Shown one piece after another: positions 10,589 to 20,078 of a DNA stretch of 64,000 bases. The stretch comes from Verrucomicrobiota bacterium (lineage in GTDB: Bacteria > Verrucomicrobiota > Verrucomicrobiia > Limisphaerales > Palsa-1400), in contig JBEKYR010000008.1 in the NCBI GenBank assembly GCA_049510745.1, positions 160,001-224,000 on the forward strand. The letters run 5' to 3'. Position 1 is the first letter of the stretch. The number at the start of each line of letters is the position of its first letter. Both the position numbers and the translations under genes were made by a program. Below the pieces are notes generated by a model. The model did not search any database. It saw only the letters and a list, made by a program, of their open reading frames with translations, and was not told the origin of the DNA.

Positions 10589-12327
10589 CCATTCGCCGCC
10601 TCCCGCGGTCCGGCGCCTCTTTTCGTTTCCTCGATCAGGCGGGCGAAGGTTTTTGTCTTGGCCAGCAGAGCGGGGTCTTGATCCAATTCCGCCACGGTGG
10701 CGTCCAGGCGCCGGGACCAGTTTTCCAGGCTGACGGCGCCGGGGGTGTTGAAGCGAGCGGTTTGCCCAAAGAGGTCGGTGATCATCACGACGGCGAGCCA
10801 GGAGTTGGATTCGAGAACCCGCCGCAGGCAGGCCTCGTGCAGGCGGTCGGTGAATTGACGCGGGGGCGGCTCGTCGCCAAGGCCGGCAAAGGCCATCAAG
10901 CGCCGGAGTTCGCGCTGGTTTTCCTCGACGTTCCGGCCGGCGTCGATGTTGCCCCAGCATTCCGCCCAGGCGGCGGCCAGCGGCGGATGGTCGTGGGTTG
11001 CGGGTTGGGCCAGCGACAGGCGCGGATACTTGGCCGGATCGCTGTAGCTGCCGTCGTGCTCGCGGAAAAGCGACGGGATGCGAAAACCGGGAATCCCCAG
11101 TTTGTGCAGGGTGACCGGGACATAATCGGGCACGACCCCCAGGTCTTCCGCCACGACGGTTGTGTCGCCGGAAGCTTCCTGCACGACGCGCAAGATTTCC
11201 TCGCCTTGCGCCTGGTTGGCGGCTTTGTGTTCGGGCGTGTCATCGGGAAAGGGCTTGAAGCCGGGCAGCCTGCCGCCGGTTTTGACGGCGGCCTGCGCCT
11301 CGTCCAGCGGCAGGAATTCGGCGTTGCGGTCGGGCGTCCAGGGAAAGGAATAGATGCGGAAGAAGCCGAGGGCGTGGTCGATGCGGTAAAGATGAAAATG
11401 CTTGCGGATGTTGCCGACGCGGGTGCGCCACCAACCAAAGCGGCGGCGGCGCAATTCGTCCCAGCGGTAATTGGGGATGCCCCAGTTCTGGCCCCACTTC
11501 TCCGTGAACGGATCGACCTTGAACACCTTTTCGGGCGGCGCGCCGCCGCTCCAGTCCAGGTCGAAGAGGGCCGGGTTGGCCCAGACATCGGCGCTGTAAC
11601 GGCCCACGCCGAAGGGGATGTCGCCCATGAGAAAGACCCGCTTCTGCGCGCCGTAACTTTTCAGGGCCTGCCATTGATCGAAGGCGATCCATTGCACGTA
11701 GGCGAAGAAAATCTGCTTGCGCGTCAACGCCTCGCGCCGCGCTTCCGGCAGGGCGAGCAGCCAGGTGTGGGCGCGGTGCGGGTCGCGATGTTCGGCCGGC
11801 CAGCGGTCCCAGGTGGGCAGGCCGCCGTTCTCCTCCATCAACGCGCGGAAGAGGGCGTAGTCGGAAAGCCAGTCGGCGTTGTCCGCCATGAAGCGGCGAA
11901 AGGCGGCGGCGCGCGGGGTGTCTTTGCGGAAATGGGACCGCAGGAAACTGCCGAAGGCCGCTTCCAACAATTGGCGTTTCAGCCCCCTGGTTTTCGGATA
12001 GTTGACAGACCCTTGCCGCAGTTCCGCCAGCAAGGCGGGCCGGGCGAGTTCCTGGAATTGCCTGGGCGGCAGGTCCGGCAGGCGGGCTGGCGAGACGGCG
12101 ATGGTTCCCGGATCGATGGCCTGGGAACTGATGGCGTTATAGGGGCTGTTGTCGTCGCTGGTTTCGTTGATCGGCAGGGTTTGGAAGAGGTGCAGGCCGT
12201 GGCGGTGGCACCAATCGATCATTTGGCGCACGCCCTCGGTGTCGCCGATGCCGAGGTCGTCAGCGGTGCGGATGGCGAAGACCGGTTCGAGGATGCCGGC
12301 CAGCGATTGGTCTGGACTTAATTTCAT
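10585..12327 (-). CDS. malQ: 4-alpha-glucanotransferase (GH77)
   Basis: GIGD, QTLPIN, SPY, GDIPFGV, GAPP, GQNWG.P.Y.W, RIDHALGFFR, AEDLG, THDHP. Confidence 0.92.
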   Translation of the reverse strand: MKLSPDQSLAGILEPVFAIRTADDLGIGDTEGVRQMIDWCHRHGLHLFQTLPINETSDDNSPYNAISSQAIDPGTIAVSPARLPDLPPRQFQELARPALLAELRQGSVNYPKTRGLKRQLLEAAFGSFLRSHFRKDTPRAAAFRRFMADNADWLSDYALFRALMEENGGLPTWDRWPAEHRDPHRAHTWLLALPEARREALTRKQIFFAYVQWIAFDQWQALKSYGAQKRVFLMGDIPFGVGRYSADVWANPALFDLDWSGGAPPEKVFKVDPFTEKWGQNWGIPNYRWDELRRRRFGWWRTRVGNIRKHFHLYRIDHALGFFRIYSFPWTPDRNAEFLPLDEAQAAVKTGGRLPGFKPFPDDTPEHKAANQAQGEEILRVVQEASGDTTVVAEDLGVVPDYVPVTLHKLGIPGFRIPSLFREHDGSYSDPAKYPRLSLAQPATHDHPPLAAAWAECWGNIDAGRNVEENQRELRRLMAFAGLGDEPPPRQFTDRLHEACLRRVLESNSWLAVVMITDLFGQTARFNTPGAVSLENWSRRLDATVAELDQDPALLAKTKTFARLIEETKRGAGPREAANG

Positions 12328-12662
12328 GGTCAATTCGGGAAGACTATCCCCGGAGGACGCGGTGTTCGTCAACCTTCCTCCCACCGCATGGATATGCGAG
12401 TGCCAAAAGGGAGGGGGCGGCGCACTGGAGACTCCGTCATGGGATTTTCTGACGATCGGTGGCGAGGGAGTTCATAGTTGAAGAGGGCAGGCTTGTTTCA
12501 TCGATGGGTGTGATACCACAGGATTATGGATGCTGGCAAGAACTTTTTCCCGGAAAATCGCGAGGTCAGAATTAGTGGGTTGGGGAAAGGCGGGGGATTG
12601 CCACGATGGGGCAAAAGCTGTTTTTGCGCGAGTCCTCAGCCGTATCCATGTAGTTGAAAAAT

Positions 12663-12847
12663 GGTAGCGCGACCGTCTCGGTCGCTTCCAGTTGGCCCAC
12701 GCGCCAGCGTCTGCCCGACAATTTGTTCTGATGTCCCGCCGACTGGCTCTGGGTGCCAAACGAATCACCTTTCGGTGAACCCTCTCCGGGATCGAATGCC
12801 TTCGGCGAGACGCCGAAGGCTGCGGGCGAGGACGCCCGTGCTCCCCA
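12663..12847. repeat. REP-like palindrome cluster (GTAG/GGAG-type)
   Basis: GGTAG-C-GCGACCG-TCT-CGGTCGC at 12663-12685. Facing it on the minus strand is GGGAGCACGGGCGTCCTCGCCCG, plus the GCCTTCGGCG-AGA-CGCCGAAGGC palindrome near 12798-12820. Confidence 0.6.
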
Positions 12848-12868
12848 ATCCTTCTGCATCGTTCCGGC

Positions 12869-13405
12869 TCAGTCCGCGAATGGCGTCCAGTTTCCCAAAT
12901 CAGCGGCGGAGACCGCGGGCGGCGAGGGCGGGGACGGTGGCGAAGCCGGCTGGGTTGGCGTCCGCGGTTCTTTGGCTGTCTGGATGTTTGGTTTGTGTTC
13001 TTTGGGGGACTGAGTTTTGGCCGTTTTCCGCTCGAAAACCTGAATTCTTTCGCCGACCAGGGCCAGGAATGCCGGGGATTCGACCTGCAACTGGTGTGCG
13101 GTGACCAGGGCTTCGTCGATCTTGGCGGCGAGGAAGTTCTGGCAGGCTTCTTTGGTGAACGGCGTTTTGGCCGTCTTGAGGAAGCAGCCTTTGCCGGGGA
13201 TGATTCTGATAACGCCGAGGGATTCCAACTCGGCATAGGCCTTGGCGACGGTATTGCGATTCAAGCGCAACTGAGTGGCGAGCGGCCGGATGGTTGGGAG
13301 CGATTCTCCGGTTCGCAAGGCCCCGGAAGCCGCGCCGAAGCGGACCTGATCGACCAATTGCCGGTAAAACGGCACGCCGGACTTGACGTCAATCTGAAAT
13401 TGCAT
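12869..13405 (-). CDS. GntR family (YtrA subfamily) transcriptional regulator with Pro-rich tail
   Basis: GVPFYRQL..Q, LPTIRPLA..L.LNRNTVAKAY.ELE..G..GKG. Confidence 0.9.
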   Translation of the reverse strand: MQFQIDVKSGVPFYRQLVDQVRFGAASGALRTGESLPTIRPLATQLRLNRNTVAKAYAELESLGVIRIIPGKGCFLKTAKTPFTKEACQNFLAAKIDEALVTAHQLQVESPAFLALVGERIQVFERKTAKTQSPKEHKPNIQTAKEPRTPTQPASPPSPPSPPAVSAADLGNWTPFAD

Positions 13406-13445
13406 ACTGTCCTATGACAGTATTACCATGCGGCGGCGGGGTCAA
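13404..13445 (-). promoter_or_regulatory. Sigma70-type promoter with overlapping palindromic operator
   Basis: Minus strand TTGACC-N17-TACTGT. The perfect inverted repeat ATACTGTC-CTAT-GACAGTAT (13404-13423) overlaps the -10 box and start codon. Confidence 0.65.
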
Positions 13446-13514
13446 GAGGATTTGCCGTCTTCAGGTCGCAAGGGATGCATTCCCCTCTTTTTTTGGGTGG
13501 CGGTTTTTGGTTCG

Positions 13515-13636
13515 TAATCTTAATCTTGCTCTTAATCTTAATCGGAATGAATTTCGATGCTCGTGGGTTTAACCAGAGCCAATTCTCATTACCGGTTGCA
13601 CGAGGGAGATTAGATTAGGATTAGGATTAGGATTAA
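13515..13636. repeat. Inverted pair of 6-bp-period tandem repeats
   Basis: (TAATCT)n-like run at 13515-13543 and (GATTAG)n run at 13608-13636. Confidence 0.75.
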
Positions 13637-13649
13637 TCAGCATTCGATT

Positions 13650-14240
13650 ATGAATAGAATCTGGAAAACCCATGTAATCCTGGGGCTTTTGGCGGCGGCG
13701 CTGTCCTGTTCAGGACAGGCCACCAACGAGCTCAGGGACGCCGTTGTCTTAATCATCCGCCACGCGGAAAAACCGGAGAGCGGGAAGGAGTTGACGGTCG
13801 AGGGCGAAGCGCGGGCGCAGGCCTACGTCAAATACTTCGGAGAGTTCCAGCTCGATGGCAAACCGCTCAAGCTGGACAGCCTGTTTGCGGCGCACGACTC
13901 GAAGAACAGCAATCGTCCGCGCCTGACGCTGGAGCCGCTGGCCCAGGCGTTGAAACTGCCGCTGGACAGCAGCTTCAAGGACAAGGAGCCGGAAAAACTG
14001 GCCGCGGAATTGCAGACCAAGCCGCACGGGAAGAACATTCTCGTCTGCTGGCATCACGGGGGGATTCCGGGTCTGGCGCGCGCCCTGGGCGCCGATCCGG
14101 CCACGCTCCTGCCCGGTGGAGCGTGGCCCGACAACGTCTATGGCTGGGTGATCGAATTGCGTTACGACGGGGAAGGCCGGCTGATACCGGGCGAATGCAA
14201 ACGGATCAACGAACATCTCATGCCGAAAGATGTTGAATAA
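13650..14240 (+). CDS. Secreted histidine-phosphatase-fold protein
   Basis: Signal peptide; IIRHAEKP, R..LT..PLA and LVCWHH motifs. Confidence 0.75.
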   Translation: MNRIWKTHVILGLLAAALSCSGQATNELRDAVVLIIRHAEKPESGKELTVEGEARAQAYVKYFGEFQLDGKPLKLDSLFAAHDSKNSNRPRLTLEPLAQALKLPLDSSFKDKEPEKLAAELQTKPHGKNILVCWHHGGIPGLARALGADPATLLPGGAWPDNVYGWVIELRYDGEGRLIPGECKRINEHLMPKDVE

Positions 14241-14358
14241 GAATTTCGTCGTTCGCCCCTTCGCCGCGGTGGGTCCATTTCACTGTTTTTCGGGTAGCCC
14301 CTCCTGCTCGTAATCGTAATGACAACGGGCTGTATGTTTGACTGACTGCGCGCTCAAC

Positions 14359-14736
14359 TCACGGCAGAACGTGCGTCGCCGGGACGATCCGGCAGACCGG
14401 CTTGGCCGCCACGTTTTGGGGAGCATAGCTCGTGGCGAAGGTCCGCGCGGGGTCTGCCGGACACGACGGCAATTCACCGCCGGCTGTGCGGCCCAGGTAG
14501 GGCTGGAGGTCGCTGTCAGCGGGAGTGTCGGCGTCCTGCTTGCGCGATTCCAACGCCCATTGCTGCTTGGCCCCGTCAATGAGGCGCAGGTTGCTGACGC
14601 ATCCGTTCATTTGGGCCGTCAAACGCGCCCGCACGAAGTTGGGGATGGCGATGGAGGCCAGGAGGCCCATGATGGCGACAACGATCATGATTTCCACCAG
14701 GGTGAACCCGGCTGGCCGGGTGATTCTGCTTTTCAT
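14359..14736 (-). CDS. Type IV pilin-like protein (prepilin N-terminal cleavage/methylation domain)
   Basis: G-FTLVEIMIVVAIMGLLASIAIP; C-terminal Cys pair. Confidence 0.9.
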   Translation of the reverse strand: MKSRITRPAGFTLVEIMIVVAIMGLLASIAIPNFVRARLTAQMNGCVSNLRLIDGAKQQWALESRKQDADTPADSDLQPYLGRTAGGELPSCPADPARTFATSYAPQNVAAKPVCRIVPATHVLP

Positions 14737-15014
14737 AACTGCATACCTTTCCGATGCGGCGTGAACCAGGCGGAAGGCGGGTTTATATAAGTGCGAATTT
14801 GTTCACGGATTGCCTTTTGCCAACCGCACCATGCCGTTATTAACCCCTCCCTCGCCGCATGGTTTCGGGTCGGGCGTGACACGGTCCGAGCGTCAGACGG
14901 CAAACGCCCGCCGCTTTTGTTGGCGCGGATCGCGGGTTTTTTAATTAACCGCAAAGAACGGAGAGAAACGCAAAGAACCAAAGGCACAGCAAGCCGCAAT
15001 CAAAAAAGACGTTT

Positions 15015-15097
15015 TTGACAGGATGAACAGGATTTACAGGATAAAATCTTCTTGTTCTTCCATTTCCGAATCCTGTTCATCCTGTTCATCCTGTCAA
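15015..15097. repeat. Inverted repeat built from ACAGGATGA-type tandem units
   Basis: TTGACAGGATGAACAGGATTTACAGGAT ... ATCCTGTTCATCCTGTTCATCCTGTCAA. Confidence 0.8.
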
Positions 15098-15375
15098 TTT
15101 TTTTCCGAGTGTGAACGGTTTTTGGGACAGCAGGGCAAAGCCGCAGGGTGAATATTTCTAATCCTCCGTCTTGCCCTCAGGCACTGGGGAGAGAGAATCA
15201 ATGTCTTCGAGCGCCGGCGCTGACAATTCCAGGCCAGATGAACTGCTGACCGTGCGTCCAATGGCCTTTCCGGGGTCCGAAAATTGGTTGCCGCTCCCGG
15301 CTAATGTGTGGCAGTATTCAGCACGCAACGAAGGCGCCGGCGAACGCCCGGTTTAAGGCGCCGGACTTCCAGAGT

Positions 15376-15451
15376 GCCCCTGTACCTCAAATGGATAGAG
15401 GAGCGGTTTCCTAAACCGTCCATCCCGGTTCAATTCCGGGCGGGGGTACCA
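15376..15451 (+). tRNA. tRNA-Arg(CCT)
   Basis: 76-nt cloverleaf GCCCCTG...CGGGGGT-A-CCA; anticodon arm GCGGT-TTCCTAA-ACCGT; T loop TTCAATT. Confidence 0.95.
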
Positions 15452-15452
15452 A

Positions 15453-16955
15453 TTATGCCGCGCAACATTTCCAGTTGACAGTGCGCATGTCGCCTGTTTC
15501 GGCGAAGGCCAGGTGCATGGCAAAAGCGGCGCTGAGTGTCGCCGGACTGTGCGCGGCTCCCGCCTGCGCCACGTAGTCGCGCAATATGGGGCGGTAATCC
15601 GGATGGGCGCAGTTTTCGATGATGGTTTTGGCCCGCTCCGCCGGACATTTGCCGCGCAGATCGGCGATGCCTTGCTCGGTGATGATGATCTGGACGGAAT
15701 GTTCGCTGCTGTCAAGATGACTGACCATGGGGACGAGGGTGCTGATCTTGCCGCCCTTGGCGGTGGAGGGGCAGGTGAAAATGGAGAGGAACGCGTTGCG
15801 GGCAAAGTCGCCGGACCCGCCGATGCCGTTCATCATGTTGCGCCCCAGCACGTGGGTGCTGTTGACGTTGCCGGTGATGTCCACCTCGATGGCGGTGTTG
15901 ATGGAGAGGATGCCCAGGCGGCGGATGATTTCCGGGCTGTTGGTGATCTCCTGCGGGCGCAGCAGCAGCTTGGAACGAAAGGACTCGATGTTCTGGTAGA
16001 TGTCGCGCAGGACAGGCTGGCTCACGGTGAGCGAACAACCGCTGGCGAAGCGGATTTTCCCCTGGTTGATCAGCGCAATGACCGCGTCCTGAATCACCTC
16101 GGTGTACATGTCAAACCTGGGAATTTTCGGGTGCTCGCCCATGGCCTTGAGCACGGCGTTGGCGGTGTCGCCGACCCCCGATTGAATGGGCAGGAAGGCG
16201 GCCGGGATCAGCCCGCGTTGCAGTTCGGCGGCGAGAAAGTCGGCGACGTTTTCACCAATGCGCGCCGTCGTCTCACCGATGGGGCTGAAAGCGCCCACTT
16301 CATCGGGTTGATTGGTTTCGACCAGGCCGGCGATTTTCTTCGGATCGACTTTGATCGTGGGCACGCCGATGCGGTCGTTGGGGCGGACAATGGGCACCGG
16401 TTTGCGGTGAGGCGGGTCCTCGGGTTCGTAGATGTCGTGGAAGCCGCGCAGCGCCTGGGAATGGAACTGGTTCAGCTCAATCAAAATCTTGTCCGCCACG
16501 CGGCAGAAGGTGGGCGCGGCGCCGACAGAGGAGGTCAGGGTGATTTCGCCGGAAGCGGTGACAGCGCAGGCTTCGATCACCGCGCAGTGGATCGGGCCGA
16601 GAAAGCCATAGCGCACGGCCTGGGGCAACTGCGACAGATGCATGTCATAGAATTTGGTCCGGCCCTCGTTGATGCTTTTGCGCAAATCAGGATCGTTCTG
16701 GTAGGGCGTGCGGAAAAGGATGGCGTTGGCGCGGGCGAGCGAGCCATCCAGCGACTGGCCGGTGGAAGCGCCGGTGATGACGCCGATGCGAAACGGCTGG
16801 CCGGCGGCTTGCGCGTTGGCGGCGCGGGCGGCGATGGCCTTGGGGATTTCCTTGGGAGCGCCGGCGGGCGTGAAGCCGCTGAAAGCGAGCGTTTGGCCGT
16901 TTTGAATCTGGGCGGCGGCCTCGGCGGCGGTGAGACGCGGGAAGGTGTCTTTCAT
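15453..16955 (-). CDS. Succinate/propionate CoA-transferase (acetyl-CoA hydrolase/transferase family)
   Basis: SGFTPAG.PK, QSGVG, YTEVIQD, LRPQEITNSPE, NGIGGSGDF.RNA. Confidence 0.92.
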   Translation of the reverse strand: MKDTFPRLTAAEAAAQIQNGQTLAFSGFTPAGAPKEIPKAIAARAANAQAAGQPFRIGVITGASTGQSLDGSLARANAILFRTPYQNDPDLRKSINEGRTKFYDMHLSQLPQAVRYGFLGPIHCAVIEACAVTASGEITLTSSVGAAPTFCRVADKILIELNQFHSQALRGFHDIYEPEDPPHRKPVPIVRPNDRIGVPTIKVDPKKIAGLVETNQPDEVGAFSPIGETTARIGENVADFLAAELQRGLIPAAFLPIQSGVGDTANAVLKAMGEHPKIPRFDMYTEVIQDAVIALINQGKIRFASGCSLTVSQPVLRDIYQNIESFRSKLLLRPQEITNSPEIIRRLGILSINTAIEVDITGNVNSTHVLGRNMMNGIGGSGDFARNAFLSIFTCPSTAKGGKISTLVPMVSHLDSSEHSVQIIITEQGIADLRGKCPAERAKTIIENCAHPDYRPILRDYVAQAGAAHSPATLSAAFAMHLAFAETGDMRTVNWKCCAA

Positions 16956-16965
16956 AGTCAATCAA

Positions 16966-17721
16966 TCAGTCAATTTCTCTCAAAGAGCGGACTTGATGGG
17001 CGTGGTAAGCGGTTTTGTGGCCGGCCTCGCTCAAAAGCAGCAGCTCCCCATTTTCGCCCACACCGGCAAAAGTCCCGCGGCGGAGGTCGCCATCCAAGTC
17101 GAGTTCGACCCGGCGCGGGCCGCCCCAGAGCTGGTTGACGCGCGGGAGCAGCGCGGAAAAACCGCCCGTTTGCATCTGGCCCACGACCGAGCGCAAGCGG
17201 CTCAGGACAACGCGGGTGAGATGGCGCAAGTCCGGCGGGGAGGCCATTAGATCGGCCAGGCGGACGGTTTGATTTGTCAAGCCGGGATCGTGAGTTTCAG
17301 GGTGATTGAAAACGTTGATGCCGATGCCGGCCACGGCCAGTCCGGGAACGGTCTGTTCGAGCAGCAAACCGGCCAGCTTGCGCTGATCCACCAGCACGTC
17401 ATTGGGCCATCGGACGCGCAACTGTTTCAATCCGATTGACCGCAGCGCATCGCACACGGCCAGGCCCACCGCCAGCGGCAGGGCCTGCCAATCGGAGGCG
17501 TTCGGTCCGGTTGGAACAACGGCGGAGAGCCACAGGCCGCCTTCGTCAGAAACCCAGCCGCGCTGAAAACGTCCCCGCCCGGCGGTCTGGCTGTCGGCGC
17601 GGACGGCCTCCCAGGCGGCAAGATTGGCGGCGACGAGGTTGGTCGAGTCAGTGACCGGAAGCTCATGGACACGCCAGCCCTCACAAAGAAAACAGCAACC
17701 GTCTGTCGCCGCAAGCGTCAT
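16966..17721 (-). CDS. birA: Biotin--protein ligase (no HTH domain)
   Basis: DSTN, QTAGRGR..R.W, WPND, KLAGLL, GIGINV. Confidence 0.9.
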   Translation of the reverse strand: MTLAATDGCCFLCEGWRVHELPVTDSTNLVAANLAAWEAVRADSQTAGRGRFQRGWVSDEGGLWLSAVVPTGPNASDWQALPLAVGLAVCDALRSIGLKQLRVRWPNDVLVDQRKLAGLLLEQTVPGLAVAGIGINVFNHPETHDPGLTNQTVRLADLMASPPDLRHLTRVVLSRLRSVVGQMQTGGFSALLPRVNQLWGGPRRVELDLDGDLRRGTFAGVGENGELLLLSEAGHKTAYHAHQVRSLREID

Positions 17722-18116
17722 GGTTTCAAATCCTCAATCCGCGCCAGCACCTGGCCTTCTTCGACCGCCGCACCGACCGTCGTGAGGATTTCCGCCACTC
17801 TCCCCGATTTGGAGGCAAAGACCGAGGTGTTCATCTTCATCGCTTCGATCGTCAGGATATGATCGCCCTGTTTGACCTCCTGGCCGGGTTTGGCAAGGAT
17901 GGCGATGATTCGGCCGGCGAGAGGGCTGGGCACCTCTCCGGGGCCGGCGCCGGCTTTTGCGCTGGGCGCGGCCGGGGGAGGAGGAGGCGGCGCACTGACG
18001 GGAGGCGCGCTTGCGGAAGGCGGCGGGCCGGCGGGAGAGGCGCCCGGTTCATCGGGGATTTCCACCGTCACCTCGTAGGCTTTGCCATCCACCGTGACGC
18101 GAAGTTTTTTGATCAT
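17718..18116 (-). CDS. Biotin carboxyl carrier protein (transcarboxylase 1.3S / decarboxylase gamma-like)
   Basis: LRVTVDGKAYEVTVE N-terminus, Pro/Ala linker, EAMKM biotinylation motif. Confidence 0.92.
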   Translation of the reverse strand: MIKKLRVTVDGKAYEVTVEIPDEPGASPAGPPPSASAPPVSAPPPPPPAAPSAKAGAGPGEVPSPLAGRIIAILAKPGQEVKQGDHILTIEAMKMNTSVFASKSGRVAEILTTVGAAVEEGQVLARIEDLKP

Positions 18117-18136
18117 AGTTCTTATCGGCAAAATGG

Positions 18137-18484
18137 TTAGCGGACCCTGTGAGACATGAACTGCTCCACGCGGCCTTCCATGGCCCAAATGTTTGGCGCC
18201 CCCGTGGGCGCGGCCGCCTGCTGCACGGCGACAACCCGGTAAGGCCGGTCAAGTACAACCGTGATCGCCGCGGCGATGACAGCAAGAATCTGAGGAGGCA
18301 CCGGTTCCGGCACGGGCAAGGTTTTTGGCGGCGCGGCGACGGGCGCGGCCAGCGCGGGCGCGGAGGCCGCCGGCGGTTCTGACACGGGGGGTGCGGACGG
18401 CTTCTTGCGGGACACCCACAGGTGGTAAAGCGTCACCACCAACAGTGAAATGGCAACCTGGATGAGAAGCGCGGGGATGGACAT
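18137..18484 (-). CDS. Small membrane-anchored protein, OadG/MmdD (delta subunit)-like
   Basis: N-terminal TM helix, Pro/Ala linker, LAVIAAAI, terminal W...GR. Confidence 0.65.
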   Translation of the reverse strand: MSIPALLIQVAISLLVVTLYHLWVSRKKPSAPPVSEPPAASAPALAAPVAAPPKTLPVPEPVPPQILAVIAAAITVVLDRPYRVVAVQQAAAPTGAPNIWAMEGRVEQFMSHRVR

Positions 18485-18490
18485 GGCGGT

Positions 18491-20041
18491 TTAAAGCGGG
18501 ATGGTCCCGTGTTTCTTTGGGGGACGGGATTCGCGCTTGGTCAGGGTGTTGCGCAACGCCAGCGAAATTCTGGCGCGGGTTTCGGAAGGGGCGATGACGT
18601 CAGTGATCATGGCTTTTCTGGCCGCTTCGTAGGGGGAACAGAATTTGTCGCGGTATTCGGCCACCAGTTCCGCTTCCTTGGCCTTCGGGTCCTTGGCGGC
18701 GGCGATTTCCCGCCGGTAGAGGATCTTGACCGCGCCTTCGGCGCCCATGACAGCGATTTCAGCAGTGGGCCAGGCGAAAACAAAATCCGCGCCCATGTCG
18801 GCGCTGCACATGGCCAGGTAAGCGCCGCCATAAGCCTTGCGGAGAATCACCGTGATTTTCGGCACGGTGGCGGAGGCATAAGCAAAGAGCATCTTGGCGC
18901 CGTGGCGGATGATGCCGCCGCGCTCCTGTTGAATCCCCGGCATGAAACCGGGAATGTCCACCAGCGTGACCAGCGGAATGTTGAACACATTGCAGAAGCG
19001 GATAAAGCGCGCCCCCTTGTCCGAGGAATCAATATCCAGCGTGCCCGCCTTGACGGCGGGGTTGTTGGCGACGATGCCAACGACAATGCCTTGAATGCGG
19101 GCGAAGCCAATGACGAGATTGCGCGCCCATTCGGCGTGAACTTCGAGCAGATCGCCATTGTCCACCAGACGGCCGATGACTTTGTAAATGTCCAGGGCGT
19201 CTTTGGCGGATTCCGGGAGCAGGGCGTTCATTTCCGGATCGGCCTTCAAATCGATCTGCGGCGTGGGCCGGTGAGGCGGGTCCAGCAGGTTGTTGGAGGG
19301 GAGAAAAGTGAGAAGGCGGCGGGCAATCTGGATGGCGTGGGCGTCATTGTCGGCGACAAAATGGACGTTGCCACTGATGCTGGCGTTGGTCGCGGCGCTG
19401 CCGATTTCATCCATCGTGCATTTCTGGCCGGTGACAGCCTGGATGACCTCCGGCCCGCAGATGAACATGTTGGCGCTGCCTTTGACCATGATGAGAAAAT
19501 CCATCAAGGCGGGCGAATAAGCGGCGCCGCCGGCGCAAGGTCCGGCAATAATCGCGATCTGAGGCACGACCCCGGAAGCCAGAACATTGCGAAAGAACAC
19601 CTGGCCGTAGGCGGAGAGCGAGGCGATCCCTTCCTGAATGCGCGCGCCGCCCGAATCGTTGAAGCCGATCATGGGGCAGCCCGTTTTGAGGGCGTAATCC
19701 ATCAGGTCGCAGATTTTCTTGGAGTGAATGCGCCCCAGAGCGCCGCCGCCGACGGTAAAATCCTGGCTGAAGGCCGCCACGGCGCGGCCATCCACGGTGC
19801 CGATGCCCGTGATCACGCCGTCGGCGGGCATGGATTTTTCCTCCATGCCAAAGTTGTGGCAATCGTGCTCGGCATGAAGGCCGGATTCCTGGAAGGTGCC
19901 GGTCTGGAAAAGCGCCTCGATGCGGTCGCGGGCGGTCATCAGGCCCTTTTTGCGGCGGGCGTCCAGTTTGTCCTGGCCTCCGCCCGCGCGCGCGGCGGCA
20001 CGCTTCTTTTCGAGGTCATCCACTAATGTTTTAATTTTCAT
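18491..20041 (-). CDS. Acyl-CoA carboxyltransferase beta subunit (PccB/MmdA/transcarboxylase 12S-like)
   Basis: ARDRI..L, DFTVGGG, DSGGARIQEG, GPCAGGAAYSP, RKAYGGAY, KKHG.IPL. Alternative GTG start at 20065. Confidence 0.92.
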   Translation of the reverse strand: MKIKTLVDDLEKKRAAARAGGGQDKLDARRKKGLMTARDRIEALFQTGTFQESGLHAEHDCHNFGMEEKSMPADGVITGIGTVDGRAVAAFSQDFTVGGGALGRIHSKKICDLMDYALKTGCPMIGFNDSGGARIQEGIASLSAYGQVFFRNVLASGVVPQIAIIAGPCAGGAAYSPALMDFLIMVKGSANMFICGPEVIQAVTGQKCTMDEIGSAATNASISGNVHFVADNDAHAIQIARRLLTFLPSNNLLDPPHRPTPQIDLKADPEMNALLPESAKDALDIYKVIGRLVDNGDLLEVHAEWARNLVIGFARIQGIVVGIVANNPAVKAGTLDIDSSDKGARFIRFCNVFNIPLVTLVDIPGFMPGIQQERGGIIRHGAKMLFAYASATVPKITVILRKAYGGAYLAMCSADMGADFVFAWPTAEIAVMGAEGAVKILYRREIAAAKDPKAKEAELVAEYRDKFCSPYEAARKAMITDVIAPSETRARISLALRNTLTKRESRPPKKHGTIPL

Positions 20042-20078
20042 CTGCTTCCATTTTGCCTGAGTCACCGGCCATTGGCCA

